64,000 nucleotides of DNA, from contig CAZXLF010000002.1 in the NCBI GenBank assembly GCA_964642015.1, positions 159,678-223,677 on the forward strand, written 5' to 3'. This stretch comes from an uncultured Planctomycetia bacterium. GTDB lineage: Bacteria > Omnitrophota > Gorgyraeia > 2-02-FULL-51-18. The position numbers and the translations under genes were made by a program. The notes beneath the pieces are model-generated. The model saw nothing but the letters and a program-made list of their open reading frames with translations. It was not told the origin of the DNA and searched no databases. Positions 38,872 to 50,465 of this stretch are shown in pieces. The first letter of the stretch is position 1; the number at the start of each line of letters is the position of its first letter.

Positions 38872-40164
38872 ATGAAGATAACAGTAGTTGGCAGTGGGTA
38901 TGTCGGTCTTGTGTCAGGCGCTTGTTTTGCGAGTTTGGGCAATCAGGTGATCTGTGTGGATATTGATAAATCAAAAGTTGGCTCTCTAAAACGCGGAGTT
39001 ATGCCGATCTATGAACCGGGTCTTGAAGAATTGGTCAAAGATAATGTGAGGCGCAAGCGTCTTTCGTTCACGACCGATCTCAAAAAAGCCGTCAGACAAT
39101 CCGAAGTCATTTTTATAGCGGTAGGCACTCCTCCGCGCCCGAATGGCGAAGCGGATCTAAGTTATGTCGAGAATGTGGCATGCGACATCGCAAAAGAGAT
39201 CACTTCCTACAAACTGGTCGTTGAAAAAAGTACAGTGCCGGTGCAGACAGGGGAAAAGATCTTTCAGACGATCGCAGCCCACGCGAAAAAAGGAGCTCAA
39301 TTTGATGTAGCTTCGAATCCGGAGTTTTTGAGAGAAGGCAGTGCCGTCCATGATTTCATGCATCCGGATCGCGTGATCTTGGGTGTTCAATCAGATAAAG
39401 CGAAGGAAATTCTGACACGGCTTTATAAGCCGCTCAAATGCCAGGTTCTGGTCACGGATATCAAAAGTGCCGAGATCATTAAACATGCATCCAATTCTTT
39501 TCTGGCGACGAAAATATCGTTCATCAACGCGATCAGCAATATCTGTGAAGCCGCGAAAGCGGATGTCGAGCAGGTGGCATTGGGAATGGGTTTGGATAAA
39601 CGCATCGGTAGGAGCTTTTTGAATGCCGGTATCGGTTTCGGGGGATTTTGTTTTCCCAAGGATCTTTCAGCTTTTGTGCGCATTTCGGAGAAGCTGGGGT
39701 ATGATTTCCAGCTTTTAAAAGCCGTTGAGAAGATAAACGAAGACCAGAAAGCGGTGTTCTTAAAAAAAGTAGAGAGTGCACTTTGGAATATAAATTCTAA
39801 GAATATCGGCGTACTGGGGCTCGCGTTCAAACCGGACACGGATGACATGAGGTTTGCTCCGAGCTTAGACATCATCTCGTTTCTCCAATCTCATGGCGCG
39901 AAGATCAAGGCATATGACCCTCATGCGATGTCGAAGGCGAGGCCAATGTTGAAAGGCGTCGAGTTTTGCAGTGATAGTTATTCTGTCTGCAAAGGAAGTG
40001 ATTGCATGTTGATTCTTACGGAATGGAAAGAATTCAAGGAGCTAGATTTGAAAAAGGTAAAAAAATTGCTGAAACAACCGGTGATCATTGACGGCCGTAA
40101 TATTTATGATCCGCAGAAAATGGCGGCTTTAGGCTTTCGGTATTATTCGATGGGAAGAAAATAA
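38872..40164 (+). CDS. ugd: UDP-glucose 6-dehydrogenase
   Basis: 'MKITVVGSGYVGLVSGACFASLGNQVICVDID', catalytic 'GFGGFCFPKD'. Confidence 0.9.
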   Translation: MKITVVGSGYVGLVSGACFASLGNQVICVDIDKSKVGSLKRGVMPIYEPGLEELVKDNVRRKRLSFTTDLKKAVRQSEVIFIAVGTPPRPNGEADLSYVENVACDIAKEITSYKLVVEKSTVPVQTGEKIFQTIAAHAKKGAQFDVASNPEFLREGSAVHDFMHPDRVILGVQSDKAKEILTRLYKPLKCQVLVTDIKSAEIIKHASNSFLATKISFINAISNICEAAKADVEQVALGMGLDKRIGRSFLNAGIGFGGFCFPKDLSAFVRISEKLGYDFQLLKAVEKINEDQKAVFLKKVESALWNINSKNIGVLGLAFKPDTDDMRFAPSLDIISFLQSHGAKIKAYDPHAMSKARPMLKGVEFCSDSYSVCKGSDCMLILTEWKEFKELDLKKVKKLLKQPVIIDGRNIYDPQKMAALGFRYYSMGRK

Positions 40165-40165
40165 A

Positions 40166-40924
40166 ATGAGTGAATTGAAAGGGATTATTTTGGCCGGAGG
40201 ACTGGGGACAAGGCTTAGCCCTCTCACGAAGATCACCAATAAGCATCTTCTGCCTATTTACGATAAACCGATGATCTATTATCCGATCAATCTGCTTGTA
40301 GATGCCGGCATAAAAGATATCCTGATCGTGACCGGCGGAAATCACGCTGGAGAATTTCTCAGGCTTCTGGGAGACGGCCAAGCATTTGGATTGACGCATA
40401 TCAACTACACTTATCAGGAGGGCGAGGGAGGTATTGCGCAAGCGCTTAGTTTGGCCAAGCATTTTGCTTATCAGCACAAGATCGTCGTTGTTTTGGGTGA
40501 CAATATCCTTGAGAACGGTATCAGAGATTCTGTAAAGAATTTCGCCAAACAAAGACGCGGGGCACGTGTGCTTTTGAAACAAGTGCAGGATCCCGAGAGG
40601 TTCGGCGTTGCGACGATAAAAGACCAGACGATCATTTCGATAGAGGAGAAGCCTAAAAATCCCAAGTCAGATCTTGCGGTGACCGGCGTGTACATGTACG
40701 ATGAAAACGTTTTTGATATTATCAAGACTTTAAAACCCTCCAGGCGTGGTGAATTGGAAATCACGGATGTCAATAATGCGTACATCGCAAGAGGTGAGCT
40801 TCAATTTGACATTCTTGACGGCTGGTGGACTGACAGCGGGACTTTTGATTCGCTTTTGCGAGCTAATCAGTTGGTCGCGAAAAAAGCAAAGAGAGCCATG
40901 AAGTCTCATGACGCGTCAGCGTAA
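40166..40924 (+). CDS. Sugar-1-phosphate nucleotidyltransferase (RmlA-like short form)
   Basis: 'GIILAGGLGTRLSPLTKITNKHLLPIYDKPMIYYPI' is the RmlA signature. 252 aa. Confidence 0.75.
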   Translation: MSELKGIILAGGLGTRLSPLTKITNKHLLPIYDKPMIYYPINLLVDAGIKDILIVTGGNHAGEFLRLLGDGQAFGLTHINYTYQEGEGGIAQALSLAKHFAYQHKIVVVLGDNILENGIRDSVKNFAKQRRGARVLLKQVQDPERFGVATIKDQTIISIEEKPKNPKSDLAVTGVYMYDENVFDIIKTLKPSRRGELEITDVNNAYIARGELQFDILDGWWTDSGTFDSLLRANQLVAKKAKRAMKSHDASA

Positions 40925-41933
40925 ACAAAAGGTCCTTGTGACCGGTGGCGCAGGATTCATCGGTTCTCATTTGATCAAATTTTGGCTGAAGGAAGATCCA
41001 TCGGTAAGTATTATCAATCTCGATAAATTGACTTACTGCGGAGATCTTGGCCGCCTGGAAGGAATCAGGGATGATGCACGATATCAATTCGTTGAGGGCG
41101 ATATCTGCGATATAGAAGTTGTTGATCGAGCGATGGATGGCTGCACGGCCGTTGTTCATCTGGCGGCCGAAACGCATGTGGACCGTTCACTTTTAGACGG
41201 AAAAACTTTTTTTGATACCAATACTTTCGGAACTTACACGCTTCTTGAATCTGCCAGAAGAAGGAAAGTCAAAAAATTTCTTCTTGTAAGTACTGATGAA
41301 GTCTACGGAAGCCGTCCCAAGGGTTTTTTTAAAGAATCTGACGCTTTGAGTCCATCCAGTCCCTATTCAGTATCGAAGACAGCGGCGGACCTGCTGACAC
41401 TCTCTTATGCGCATTCTTATCGCATGCATACTTTGGTGACACGTGGTTCTAATACGTTCGGGCCCTACCAGTATCCTGAAAAGGTGATCCCGCTTTTTGT
41501 ATCAAATGCGCTTTCTGACCAGCCACTTCCTTTATATGGCGACGGTCTTCAAGTGAGAAACTGGATGCATGCGGAGGACCATTCCCGCGGTATTATTCGT
41601 GTGCTGGATAAGGGTAAGGCCGGTGAAGCATATAATTTATCGACGCCCTTTTACCTGACCAATATCGATTTGACGCGCCGTATCCTGAAAATTTTGGGTA
41701 AACCTGAGTCTTTAATAAAGAAAGTGACGGACCGCACCGGCCATGACCGCCGCTATGCGATCAATCCGTCCAAAGCACACAAATTAGGATGGAAACCTCA
41801 CCTCGCGTTTGAAAGATCTCTCCGAGAGACCGTGCTTTGGTATAAAGACAATAGGGCGTGGTGGGAGACGATCAGAAATAAGAGAGAAGATTTCAAAGCT
41901 TATTACGCGAAAGCTTACCAAGGCAGGCTCTGA
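40908..41933 (+). CDS. rfbB: dTDP-glucose 4,6-dehydratase
   Basis: '[14 protein letters not shown]', 'YSVSK' catalytic YxxxK. RfbB-like overall. Confidence 0.9.
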   Translation: MTRQRKQKVLVTGGAGFIGSHLIKFWLKEDPSVSIINLDKLTYCGDLGRLEGIRDDARYQFVEGDICDIEVVDRAMDGCTAVVHLAAETHVDRSLLDGKTFFDTNTFGTYTLLESARRRKVKKFLLVSTDEVYGSRPKGFFKESDALSPSSPYSVSKTAADLLTLSYAHSYRMHTLVTRGSNTFGPYQYPEKVIPLFVSNALSDQPLPLYGDGLQVRNWMHAEDHSRGIIRVLDKGKAGEAYNLSTPFYLTNIDLTRRILKILGKPESLIKKVTDRTGHDRRYAINPSKAHKLGWKPHLAFERSLRETVLWYKDNRAWWETIRNKREDFKAYYAKAYQGRL

Positions 41934-42832
41934 TGCGTGTGTTGGTGACCGGCGGATCAGGGATGTTGGGAAAAATTTTGATCCGTGTTTTGTCGGCCCA
42001 GCACGAGACCATCGGCATATCCAAGCACGGAAAATTTGATACCCGTCCCTGTGATCTGACTAGTCAAAGCGAGGTTGAAGCTTTATTCAACACCGACCAT
42101 TTTGACCTGGTCATTCATACGGCGGCCTATTCCGATGTTGATGGCTGTGAGCGGGACCCCAAACTTGCTCACGAATCTAATGCGCTTGCGACGAAATATT
42201 TGGTCTCCTGCTGCGATCAGAATCGTACTCCGTTCATTTACGTAAGCACTGATTATGTTTTTGACGGTAAGAAGAGGTCGCTTTATCTGGAAACAGACAA
42301 GACTTTTCCTGTCAATGTTTACGGAATGACGAAGCTTGAAGGCGAACATTTCGCGAACAACGCGAAAGTTTCGGCGATCGTGAGAACAAGCTGGCTTTTT
42401 GGACCTGATAATCCCAATAATTTTGTCAACGCGATCGTGCGGCGGCTTTATTCCGATGAGATCGTAAAAGTACTCGCGGATCAAACAGACTCTCCGACTT
42501 ACGTAAAGGACCTGGCGGCAGCGCTTCAGACGATCGGCGAGCATCTTCACAGAATAAGCCGAGAAAATGCAAAGAAAGATATTCATCTGATTTATCAGAT
42601 ATGCAACTCAGGGTATACGACGCGTTATGAAATGACCCAAAAGATCAAGGATATTTTAAAATTGAAAAATGTCCAGATTGAAAAATTGGCTAGAATGCCG
42701 GTCGAAAATAGGCCTGCTTTGCGCCCAAGCTTTGTCGCGATGTCGACGCAGCGTTACGAAAAGGAATTTAAGACAAAACTCAGGCCATGGCAAGACAGTC
42801 TGAAAGATTATTTAAGCGAGTATTGTAAATGA
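41933..42832 (+). CDS. rfbD: dTDP-4-dehydrorhamnose reductase
   Basis: 'MRVLVTGGSGMLG', 'YGMTK'. RfbD length and pattern. Confidence 0.85.
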   Translation: MRVLVTGGSGMLGKILIRVLSAQHETIGISKHGKFDTRPCDLTSQSEVEALFNTDHFDLVIHTAAYSDVDGCERDPKLAHESNALATKYLVSCCDQNRTPFIYVSTDYVFDGKKRSLYLETDKTFPVNVYGMTKLEGEHFANNAKVSAIVRTSWLFGPDNPNNFVNAIVRRLYSDEIVKVLADQTDSPTYVKDLAAALQTIGEHLHRISRENAKKDIHLIYQICNSGYTTRYEMTQKIKDILKLKNVQIEKLARMPVENRPALRPSFVAMSTQRYEKEFKTKLRPWQDSLKDYLSEYCK

Positions 42833-43785
42833 AAATATTGGTCACGGGCGCTCGGGGTTTCGTAGGGTCTTACTTGATCGATTTTTTGACTGCCAGAAGA
42901 GGTGTCCAGATTCACGGTATTGTTCGGCCAGGCAAAGACTACACTTCCGGAGACGTTTCAAAAAAAGTTGCTTACCATCAATTGGATATGTGTAAAGCCA
43001 AAGATCTTGAGCGTGTGATAAGGAAGATCAGGCCCGACCGTATATTTCATCTTGCCGCACAGTCTTTCACGCCGCTATCGTGGGAGAAGCCTTCGGAGAC
43101 TCTGATGAATAACATAATGGCGGAGCTGAACGTTTTGGAAATCTTGAGGAGGTTTAAAATTCCTTCGCGTGTCCAGATCGCCGGTTCCGCCGAAGTCTAT
43201 GGGAAAGTGGAAGCGCATGAAATACCGATCAAAGAAACCAATCCTTTGAGACCTTTAAGCCCTTACGGAGTTTCCAAAGTCGCACAAGAGCTTTTGGGTT
43301 GTCAGTATTATCAAAATTTTAAAATACATGTTGTGGTAACACGCGCGTTCAGCCATATTGGTCCCGGTCAATCGGGAATTTTTGTTGCCGGTGATTTTGC
43401 CAAACAAATCGCTCTGATAGAGGTGCGAAAAAGAGCGCCTGAAATTCGCGTCGGAAATCTTGAATCCATACGGGATTTTACGGACGTGCGGGATGTGACA
43501 AGGGCTTATTGGCTGGCTCTTGAAAAAGGACGGCCTGGTGAAATATACAATATCTGCTCAGGCGCTGGGCATTCGGTCAGAGAGATTCTTGAGATATATT
43601 TAAGAGAAAGCAAGGTCAAAATAAAGATCAAACAAGATAGATCGCGGATGAGGCCGAGTGACATACCGATATTGAGGGGAGATAATTCCAAGTTTTTTGC
43701 TCAGACCGAATGGAAACCAAGCATTCCGTTCAAAGATACACTGAAAGATATTCTGAACTATTGGAGACAGAACATCAATGCATAA
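42829..43785 (+). CDS. NAD-dependent sugar epimerase/dehydratase (extended SDR)
   Basis: '[16 protein letters not shown]', 'YGVSK'. Confidence 0.75.
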   Translation: MKILVTGARGFVGSYLIDFLTARRGVQIHGIVRPGKDYTSGDVSKKVAYHQLDMCKAKDLERVIRKIRPDRIFHLAAQSFTPLSWEKPSETLMNNIMAELNVLEILRRFKIPSRVQIAGSAEVYGKVEAHEIPIKETNPLRPLSPYGVSKVAQELLGCQYYQNFKIHVVVTRAFSHIGPGQSGIFVAGDFAKQIALIEVRKRAPEIRVGNLESIRDFTDVRDVTRAYWLALEKGRPGEIYNICSGAGHSVREILEIYLRESKVKIKIKQDRSRMRPSDIPILRGDNSKFFAQTEWKPSIPFKDTLKDILNYWRQNINA

Positions 43786-44725
43786 GAAAATGAGAATATT
43801 AATTACCGGCGGAGCAGGGTTCATCGGATCGCATCTGTGCGGACATTTCATTGAAAGAGGCGACACGGTCGTGTGCCTTGATAATTTTATTACCGGATCT
43901 GCGAAAAATATCCGGCCCTTTTTTAAAAGCCGGAAATTTTCTTTATTGCGGCATGACATCTCCAAACCAATCAAGCTCTCAGGCAAGATCGATTATGTAC
44001 TTCATTTTGCATCTCCGGCAAGCCCGCCGGATTACCTGAAGTATCCGATCCAAACACTGAAAGTCGGGGCATTGGGGACTCACAACGCTTTAGGGATCGC
44101 CAAAGCAAAACAGGCGAAATTTTTTCTGGCATCGACAAGCGAAGTTTACGGCGATCCTTTGGTCAGTCCGCAAAAAGAAACGTACTGGGGCAATGTGAAT
44201 CCGGTGGGACCAAGAGGAGTGTATGATGAGGCAAAACGTTTCGCCGAGTCTCTCACTTTGGCTTATCATCGTCAGCATCGGCTGGACGCCAAGATCATCC
44301 GTATTTTCAATACTTACGGAGAACGCATGAGACCTGAGGATGGGCGCGTGATCCCAAATTTTATTACGCAGGCGCTTTTGGGCAAATCGTTGACCGTTTA
44401 CGGCAGCGGAAAACAGACCCGCAGTTATTGTTATGTCGATGATCTTGTGAAGGGTATTGAATGCGTGATGTTCTCAAAATTGAACACGCCGGTAAATCTT
44501 GGCAATCCTAATGAAATGTCGGTGCTTCTGCTTGCGAAAAAGATCATCAAGCTTACAAACTCAAAGAGCAAGATCGTTTACAGGCCACTGCCCCAGGATG
44601 ACCCCAAATTAAGGTGTCCCGACATCGCGCTTGCCAAAAAAACGCTGGGTTGGTCTCCGAAAGTCCAACTTGATGAGGGTCTGAAAAAAACGATCGCTTA
44701 TTTCAAAACAATAGTTTTTGATTGA
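43778..44725 (+). CDS. UDP-glucuronate decarboxylase (UDP-xylose synthase)
   Basis: '[40 protein letters not shown]' and 'YDEAKR' are the UXS signature. Sits 3' of ugd. Confidence 0.85.
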   Translation: MHKKMRILITGGAGFIGSHLCGHFIERGDTVVCLDNFITGSAKNIRPFFKSRKFSLLRHDISKPIKLSGKIDYVLHFASPASPPDYLKYPIQTLKVGALGTHNALGIAKAKQAKFFLASTSEVYGDPLVSPQKETYWGNVNPVGPRGVYDEAKRFAESLTLAYHRQHRLDAKIIRIFNTYGERMRPEDGRVIPNFITQALLGKSLTVYGSGKQTRSYCYVDDLVKGIECVMFSKLNTPVNLGNPNEMSVLLLAKKIIKLTNSKSKIVYRPLPQDDPKLRCPDIALAKKTLGWSPKVQLDEGLKKTIAYFKTIVFD

Positions 44726-44737
44726 TCTCTAAAACAG

Positions 44738-45463
44738 ATGCCTCCCGATCCCGGACCTGATGTCTCAATAGTTATCCCTGTTTACAATGAAGAAAAAAAT
44801 ATTGCTGAAACCATGCGCCGTGTTCAGGCTTTCATGTCGCTCAAAGACCTCTCGTGGGAATGCCTAATTGTTAATGATGGCTCTTCCGACAGCACTGAAT
44901 CGATCGCGCAAAATACGATAAAAGCCCAAACGCAAAGTCGTTTTCGTTTACTTTCTAATCCTTCAAATCATGGAAAAGGTTTCGCCGTGCGGCAAGGAGT
45001 TCTAGCTTCTTCGGCAAAATATGTGCTGATCACGGATGCCGATCTCTCGGCCCCTATTAAGGAGCTTGATAAATTGATAAAAGCTCTGGAAGAGGGGTAT
45101 GATATTGCAGTCGGGTCCCGCGCCGTCAGGTCTAAGGACGCGGATGTCCAACAGACTTTCAAGCGTCGTCTGGCCGGCCGTATATTCAATATTTTTGTAA
45201 AGATCCTGGTGCTTAGAGGGATCTCTGATACTCAGTGCGGTTTCAAATGCTTCAAGAAAAAAGCCGCGCATGAACTTTTTAACGCTCAAAAACTTGATGG
45301 CTTCAGTTTTGACGTCGAAGTGTTACGGTTGGCGCAAAAACGCGGATTTCGCATCAAGGAAGTGTCTGTAATGTGGCGTCAAGGCAAACAGACCCGTGTC
45401 AGGCTGTTTCATGATTCGATCAAAATGGTTAAGGATCTCCTTTATTTAAGAAAGATCCTTTAA
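44738..45463 (+). CDS. Family 2 glycosyltransferase (polyprenyl-phosphate glycosyltransferase-like)
   Basis: 'VSIVIPVYNEEKNI', DxD 'TDAD'. Confidence 0.8.
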   Translation: MPPDPGPDVSIVIPVYNEEKNIAETMRRVQAFMSLKDLSWECLIVNDGSSDSTESIAQNTIKAQTQSRFRLLSNPSNHGKGFAVRQGVLASSAKYVLITDADLSAPIKELDKLIKALEEGYDIAVGSRAVRSKDADVQQTFKRRLAGRIFNIFVKILVLRGISDTQCGFKCFKKKAAHELFNAQKLDGFSFDVEVLRLAQKRGFRIKEVSVMWRQGKQTRVRLFHDSIKMVKDLLYLRKIL

Positions 45464-45468
45464 TTTGA

Positions 45469-47676
45469 ATGGAACCCAATTTTTTTGTGATAACGATTCT
45501 TTCCCTGCCGTTTTTACTGATCGCCGGTATCTCCAAAGCTAGCGACTCGCCCGCTGTGCATGTGAACCGCCTTGCCAAAGAAAAAAGCCCTTATTTATTG
45601 CAGCATTCGCACAATCCGGTGGATTGGTATCCGTGGGGGAAAGAAGCTCTTGAGAAAAGTAAAAAAGAAGACAAACCGATCCTGCTTTCGATCGGTTATT
45701 CCACTTGCCACTGGTGTCATGTGATGGAAAAAGAATCCTTTGAGAATCAAAAAACGGCTCAGATCATGAATCAGAATTATGTTTCCATTAAGGTCGATAG
45801 AGAAGAGCGGCCGGACATTGACCATGTTTACATGGATTATGTGATGGCGACAACGGGAAGCGGCGGTTGGCCGATGACTGTATTTTTGACGCCGGATATG
45901 AAGCCGTTTTACGGCGGCACTTATTTCCCCCCAGAGGATCGGTACGGAATACCTGGCTTTAAGACGCTTTTATTATCGATTGCTGATGCGTGGAAAACCC
46001 GTCGGGATGAGATTGCGAAGTCTGCCGATTCAGCAGTTTCTTATTTGGAAACTCGCAAAGGCCGAGGTTCTTCAAATGATAAAAAGTTGTCCAAAGAAAC
46101 GCTTTATACGTTCTTTGAGCGGCACAAGTCAAGTTTCGATACGGAGTGGGGAGGTTTTGGTGGCGCGCCGAAATTCCCAAGAAGCCATTCGTTATCGATG
46201 CTATTAAGATACTGGCTTCGCTCCGGCAATCCCGAAGCGCTAAATATGACCGAGAAGACATTGAACAAGATGGCCGATGGTGGAATGTATGATCAGATCG
46301 GCGGCGGTTTTCATCGTTATTCCACCGATGCTCAGTGGCGTGTGCCGCATTTCGAAAAAATGCTGTATGATCAAGCGCTTCTGTCTAGAACTTATCTCGA
46401 AGCCTATCAGGTGACACATAAGGAACGTTATGCCGATATAGCAAAAGATATCCTCGACTATGTGTTGCGCGAAATGACAAGCAAAGATGGAGCGTTCTAT
46501 TCGGCGCAGGATGCGGACAGCATCGATCCGTTCAATCCCTCAAATAAACGCGAAGGCGCATTTTTTGTATGGAAAGAAAGCGAAATTGACGCGGCGCTGT
46601 CTAAAAATGACGCCGAAGTCGTGAAATATTTTTACGGGATTGAGACCAAAGGCAATGCTTTGAGTGACCCGCATCATGAGTTTACGGACCAGAATGTTCT
46701 TTTTAAGTCGCATTCTGCCGAAGAAACGGCGGCACATTTCAAAATATCGGTGTCGGAAGTGGATCGGATTATTGGCGCTGCCGGCCAGAAATTGTCAGCG
46801 CTGCGTTCCAAACGTCCGGCACCGCATCTGGATGACAAAATCTTGGCCGACTGGAATGGTCTCATGATATCGAGTTTTGCTATGGCTGCCGATGTGTTCG
46901 ATGAACCGCGTTATCGCAACGCCGCAGTCAAGGCCGCAGATTTTATCCAGACAAAAATGAAAAAGGATAATAGTGAATTGTACCACCGCTATCGTGACGG
47001 AGAAGCGGCTATCTCGGCGAATTTGAACGACTACGCATTCATGGTTTATGCGTATCTATCGCTTTATGAAACCACTTTTGATGAACGCTGGCTTAAGGAG
47101 GCCAAAAATACTGCGGAGATCATGATACGCCTCTTCTGGGATGAAAAAGACGGCGGATTTTTTCTGACGGCGTCGAACGCGGAAAAACTTATCACAAGAC
47201 CGAAGGAACTCTATGATGGGGCCGTGCCTTCTGGGAATTCTTTCGCCGTATTGGACCTTATATTGCTCGGCTGTTATATGCCTGAAAGCCGCTTTCAAAA
47301 ATATGCGGAACAGACGCTTGATACATTTTCCGAAGAGATCTCATCTGAACCTACAGCGTATCCGCAGATGCTGATCGCGTTGGATTTTATGCTTGGGCCT
47401 TCGAAAGAGATCGTGATCGCCGGTGATTCGAAAGATCCTTTGACGGTGTCCATGCTCAAAGAAATTCATTTGCGATTTATGCCGAATAAAATTATCATGC
47501 TTCATAAGCCTGGAGCGGAGGGAAAGTCTTTGGAAGAGCTTGTGCCGTTCTCGAAAGAACAGACCGCTTTGCAGGGCAGGACGACGGCCTATGTTTGTCA
47601 AAATTATGCGTGTGCTTTACCGGTGACGGATCTGGATGGTTTAAAAAAACAGCTGATGGATACAAAGGGGAGCTGA
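45469..47676 (+). CDS. Thioredoxin-domain protein YyaL/DUF255 (N-terminal Trx + (alpha/alpha)6 barrel)
   Basis: '[22 protein letters not shown]…[10 protein letters not shown]'. Confidence 0.8.
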   Translation: MEPNFFVITILSLPFLLIAGISKASDSPAVHVNRLAKEKSPYLLQHSHNPVDWYPWGKEALEKSKKEDKPILLSIGYSTCHWCHVMEKESFENQKTAQIMNQNYVSIKVDREERPDIDHVYMDYVMATTGSGGWPMTVFLTPDMKPFYGGTYFPPEDRYGIPGFKTLLLSIADAWKTRRDEIAKSADSAVSYLETRKGRGSSNDKKLSKETLYTFFERHKSSFDTEWGGFGGAPKFPRSHSLSMLLRYWLRSGNPEALNMTEKTLNKMADGGMYDQIGGGFHRYSTDAQWRVPHFEKMLYDQALLSRTYLEAYQVTHKERYADIAKDILDYVLREMTSKDGAFYSAQDADSIDPFNPSNKREGAFFVWKESEIDAALSKNDAEVVKYFYGIETKGNALSDPHHEFTDQNVLFKSHSAEETAAHFKISVSEVDRIIGAAGQKLSALRSKRPAPHLDDKILADWNGLMISSFAMAADVFDEPRYRNAAVKAADFIQTKMKKDNSELYHRYRDGEAAISANLNDYAFMVYAYLSLYETTFDERWLKEAKNTAEIMIRLFWDEKDGGFFLTASNAEKLITRPKELYDGAVPSGNSFAVLDLILLGCYMPESRFQKYAEQTLDTFSEEISSEPTAYPQMLIALDFMLGPSKEIVIAGDSKDPLTVSMLKEIHLRFMPNKIIMLHKPGAEGKSLEELVPFSKEQTALQGRTTAYVCQNYACALPVTDLDGLKKQLMDTKGS

Positions 47677-47677
47677 T

Positions 47678-48799
47678 ATGACAAGAACAGCGACGATGAC
47701 GCAAAACACACTGAAACAGGTTTTAAATCACGGCCAAAGCATCTGGTACGATGGGCTTATTTCGAGGACCGAGTTCGAAAGGATGATCAGTGAGGATGGT
47801 ATCCGGGGCGCTACGACAAATCCCACGATATTTGAGAAGGCCTTGAACCACCACGATTATGACGCCGACATCGCTACTTTGGCAAAATCCCATGATCCTG
47901 AAGGAATTTATCAGTTTCTGGCAGTCCGCGCTGTCCAGGAAGTGGCCGATATTTTTTTGCCGGTCTTTCATGAAACAGATGGCTTCGACGGATATGTATC
48001 GATCGAGGTGAGTCCGCTTCTGGCGTTCGATACGGAAAGGACTATTAAGGAAGCAAAAGAACTTTTTAAGCGAGTCAACCGCAGGAATGTGATGATTAAG
48101 ATCCCTGCCACGAAACAGGGAATTCCCGCGATCAAAGCTGTTATTGCCGAAGGCATCAATGTGAACGTGACGCTGATCTTTTCAATAGGTCGTTATGAAG
48201 ACGTTATGAACGCTTATCTGTCAGGACTTGAAGAAAGAACAGCTCAGAGTAGACAGATTGCTTCGCTGGCTTCGGTGGCAAGTTTTTTTGTGAGCCGTGT
48301 CGATACGGCAATCGATAAGCTGCTTGAAGATAAAATTAAATTAGAAAAGGATCCAAATAGGTCGGTTTTGTATAAAAATCTTTTAGGCAAATCTGGCATT
48401 GCCAATTCTAAGGTTGCCTATGGTTCATTTGAGAGGATCTTTTCAAGTCCAAGATTTCAAAAATTAAGATCATCCAATGCTCATGTTCAGAGGCCATTAT
48501 GGGCCAGCACCGGGACCAAGAACCCTGCTTATAGCGATGTGCTCTATGTTGAAGCTTTGATGGGCTCGCAGACCGTGAATACGGTGCCTCCGGCGACTTT
48601 GGATGCTTTCAGAGATCATGGAGTGCCTGGTTCGAGATTGAAAGATGGTCTTCAAGAGGCGGAGACTATTTTAAAGAGATTGAAGGAAGCAGGCATTGAT
48701 CTTAACCGTGTTACAGATGAGCTTGAATCAGCCGGTGTCCAGCTGTTCAGTGATTCATACAAAAAACTGATAGAATGTATCCAAGTAAAAATCAAATAA
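47678..48799 (+). CDS. tal: Transaldolase
   Basis: 'GATTNPTIFEKAL' and 'VSIEVSP…' are transaldolase signatures. Confidence 0.9.
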   Translation: MTRTATMTQNTLKQVLNHGQSIWYDGLISRTEFERMISEDGIRGATTNPTIFEKALNHHDYDADIATLAKSHDPEGIYQFLAVRAVQEVADIFLPVFHETDGFDGYVSIEVSPLLAFDTERTIKEAKELFKRVNRRNVMIKIPATKQGIPAIKAVIAEGINVNVTLIFSIGRYEDVMNAYLSGLEERTAQSRQIASLASVASFFVSRVDTAIDKLLEDKIKLEKDPNRSVLYKNLLGKSGIANSKVAYGSFERIFSSPRFQKLRSSNAHVQRPLWASTGTKNPAYSDVLYVEALMGSQTVNTVPPATLDAFRDHGVPGSRLKDGLQEAETILKRLKEAGIDLNRVTDELESAGVQLFSDSYKKLIECIQVKIK

Positions 48800-48808
48800 A
48801 GGTGAAAA

Positions 48809-50461
48809 GTGAAACTACAGATCAAAGCGGAATGGGGAATTCATAAGAAAAGCATCGAAGAATGGGTATCTAAAGCCGACAAACTTTCGATAATCCGCCG
48901 TCTTTGGGATAAGGACGCCTCGCTTTGGACGAGGGATGCAAGGACCCAGGAGGAGGTTAAAATGCGCCTGGGCTGGTTGACGGCCCCGAAGGATATCGTT
49001 TCATCGGTCGATGAGATAATTTCATTTACCAAGGAGATCAAGGAAGCCGGATATGCTCACGTGGTTCTTCTGGGCATGGGCGGCTCAAGTCTGGCGCCGG
49101 AAGTTTTTCAAAACGTTCTGGGGAATGTTCAAGGATATCCGGAGCTCATCATTCTGGACAGCACAGATCCTGGACGCGTTCTTGATGTACAGAATCAAAT
49201 CAAGCTTGAAAAGACGCTTTTTATTGTTTCCAGTAAATCTGGTGGCACGGTTGAGCTTCTTTCATTTTTCAAATATTTTTTTGAAAAAGTAAAAGCACTC
49301 AAGAAAGAAGCGGGGGAACAATTTGTAGCGATCACTGATCCCGGCACACCTCTCGAAGAATTGGCAAAGAAGTGCAGATTTAGGAAAATATTTTTGGCGC
49401 CTCCCGATGTGGGCGGGAGATTTTCGGCGTTGACGTATTTCGGATTGGTGCCGGCGGCGTTGATCGGCGTGGATATTCATAAGATTTTGAACAAAGCCTC
49501 GGAAATGATGGAAGCCTGTTCGGCTGGCGTACCTGCGAATGAGAATCCGGCGTTGCTGCTCGGCATCGCAATGGCTGTTTTGTCTGAGGAAGGTAAAGAC
49601 AAATTAACGCTTTTGGCTCCTCAAAAACTTGAACCCTTTGGTGATTGGGTTGAACAGCTTGTGGCAGAGAGCTCAGGCAAGGAGGGCGTGGGTATCGTGC
49701 CGGTGGTCCAAGAGCCGTTGGGCGATCCCGAAAATTACGGCCATGACCGCTTTTTTGTGGCGCTTTCGCCCGGCTATGAAAAAGATGAAGCGCTGGATAA
49801 AAATTTTGAAGCGTTCGTATCTAAAGGGCATCCTGCACTTTCGATCGGGATCGCAGTGTCTGAAGATATTGCGTGTCAGTTTTTTCTTTGGGAAGCTGCG
49901 ACGGCGATCGCATGCGCTTTGCTCAAGATCAACGCGTTCGATCAACCTGATGTGCAATCGGCTAAAGATAAGGCGAAAGCGCTTTTAAAGGCGATCGAGA
50001 TCAAGGGCGCGCTTGAAGTCAGGACTTTTCCGGCGACACTGGAAGATCTTTTTGGAGACCTGAAACCCGGCGATTATGTGGGGATCCTAGCGTTCCTGCC
50101 TGATCGTCCAGCAGTCAAAAATGCATTAAAGGAAATCCAGAAAACGGTCCGCAACTTTGCGCGGAATGCGGTCACGGTAGGATTTGGCCCTAGATACCTT
50201 CATTCAACGGGACAGCTTCATAAAGGAGGTCCGAATACCGGTTTTTTTATTGTGATCACGGCAAAGCCATCCCAAGATATTGCTGTACCGGGAGAAAAAT
50301 ACAGTTTCGGCCAGCTTGAATTCGCGCAAGCAATGGGTGATTATGAGACGTTGGGTTTCAAAGAGCGTCAAGTGGTCCATTTGAAGCTAGACAGCGATTC
50401 AGAAAAAGGTTTGAGCGCTTTGCAAGAACAGATCAATAAGGCTATTGCGGTATGGGTTTAA
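48809..50461 (+). CDS. pgi: Glucose-6-phosphate isomerase
   Basis: SIS-domain motifs 'LLGMGGSSLAPEV', 'FIVSSKSGGTVE'. Confidence 0.8.
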   Translation: MKLQIKAEWGIHKKSIEEWVSKADKLSIIRRLWDKDASLWTRDARTQEEVKMRLGWLTAPKDIVSSVDEIISFTKEIKEAGYAHVVLLGMGGSSLAPEVFQNVLGNVQGYPELIILDSTDPGRVLDVQNQIKLEKTLFIVSSKSGGTVELLSFFKYFFEKVKALKKEAGEQFVAITDPGTPLEELAKKCRFRKIFLAPPDVGGRFSALTYFGLVPAALIGVDIHKILNKASEMMEACSAGVPANENPALLLGIAMAVLSEEGKDKLTLLAPQKLEPFGDWVEQLVAESSGKEGVGIVPVVQEPLGDPENYGHDRFFVALSPGYEKDEALDKNFEAFVSKGHPALSIGIAVSEDIACQFFLWEAATAIACALLKINAFDQPDVQSAKDKAKALLKAIEIKGALEVRTFPATLEDLFGDLKPGDYVGILAFLPDRPAVKNALKEIQKTVRNFARNAVTVGFGPRYLHSTGQLHKGGPNTGFFIVITAKPSQDIAVPGEKYSFGQLEFAQAMGDYETLGFKERQVVHLKLDSDSEKGLSALQEQINKAIAVWV

Positions 50462-50465
50462 AAGT

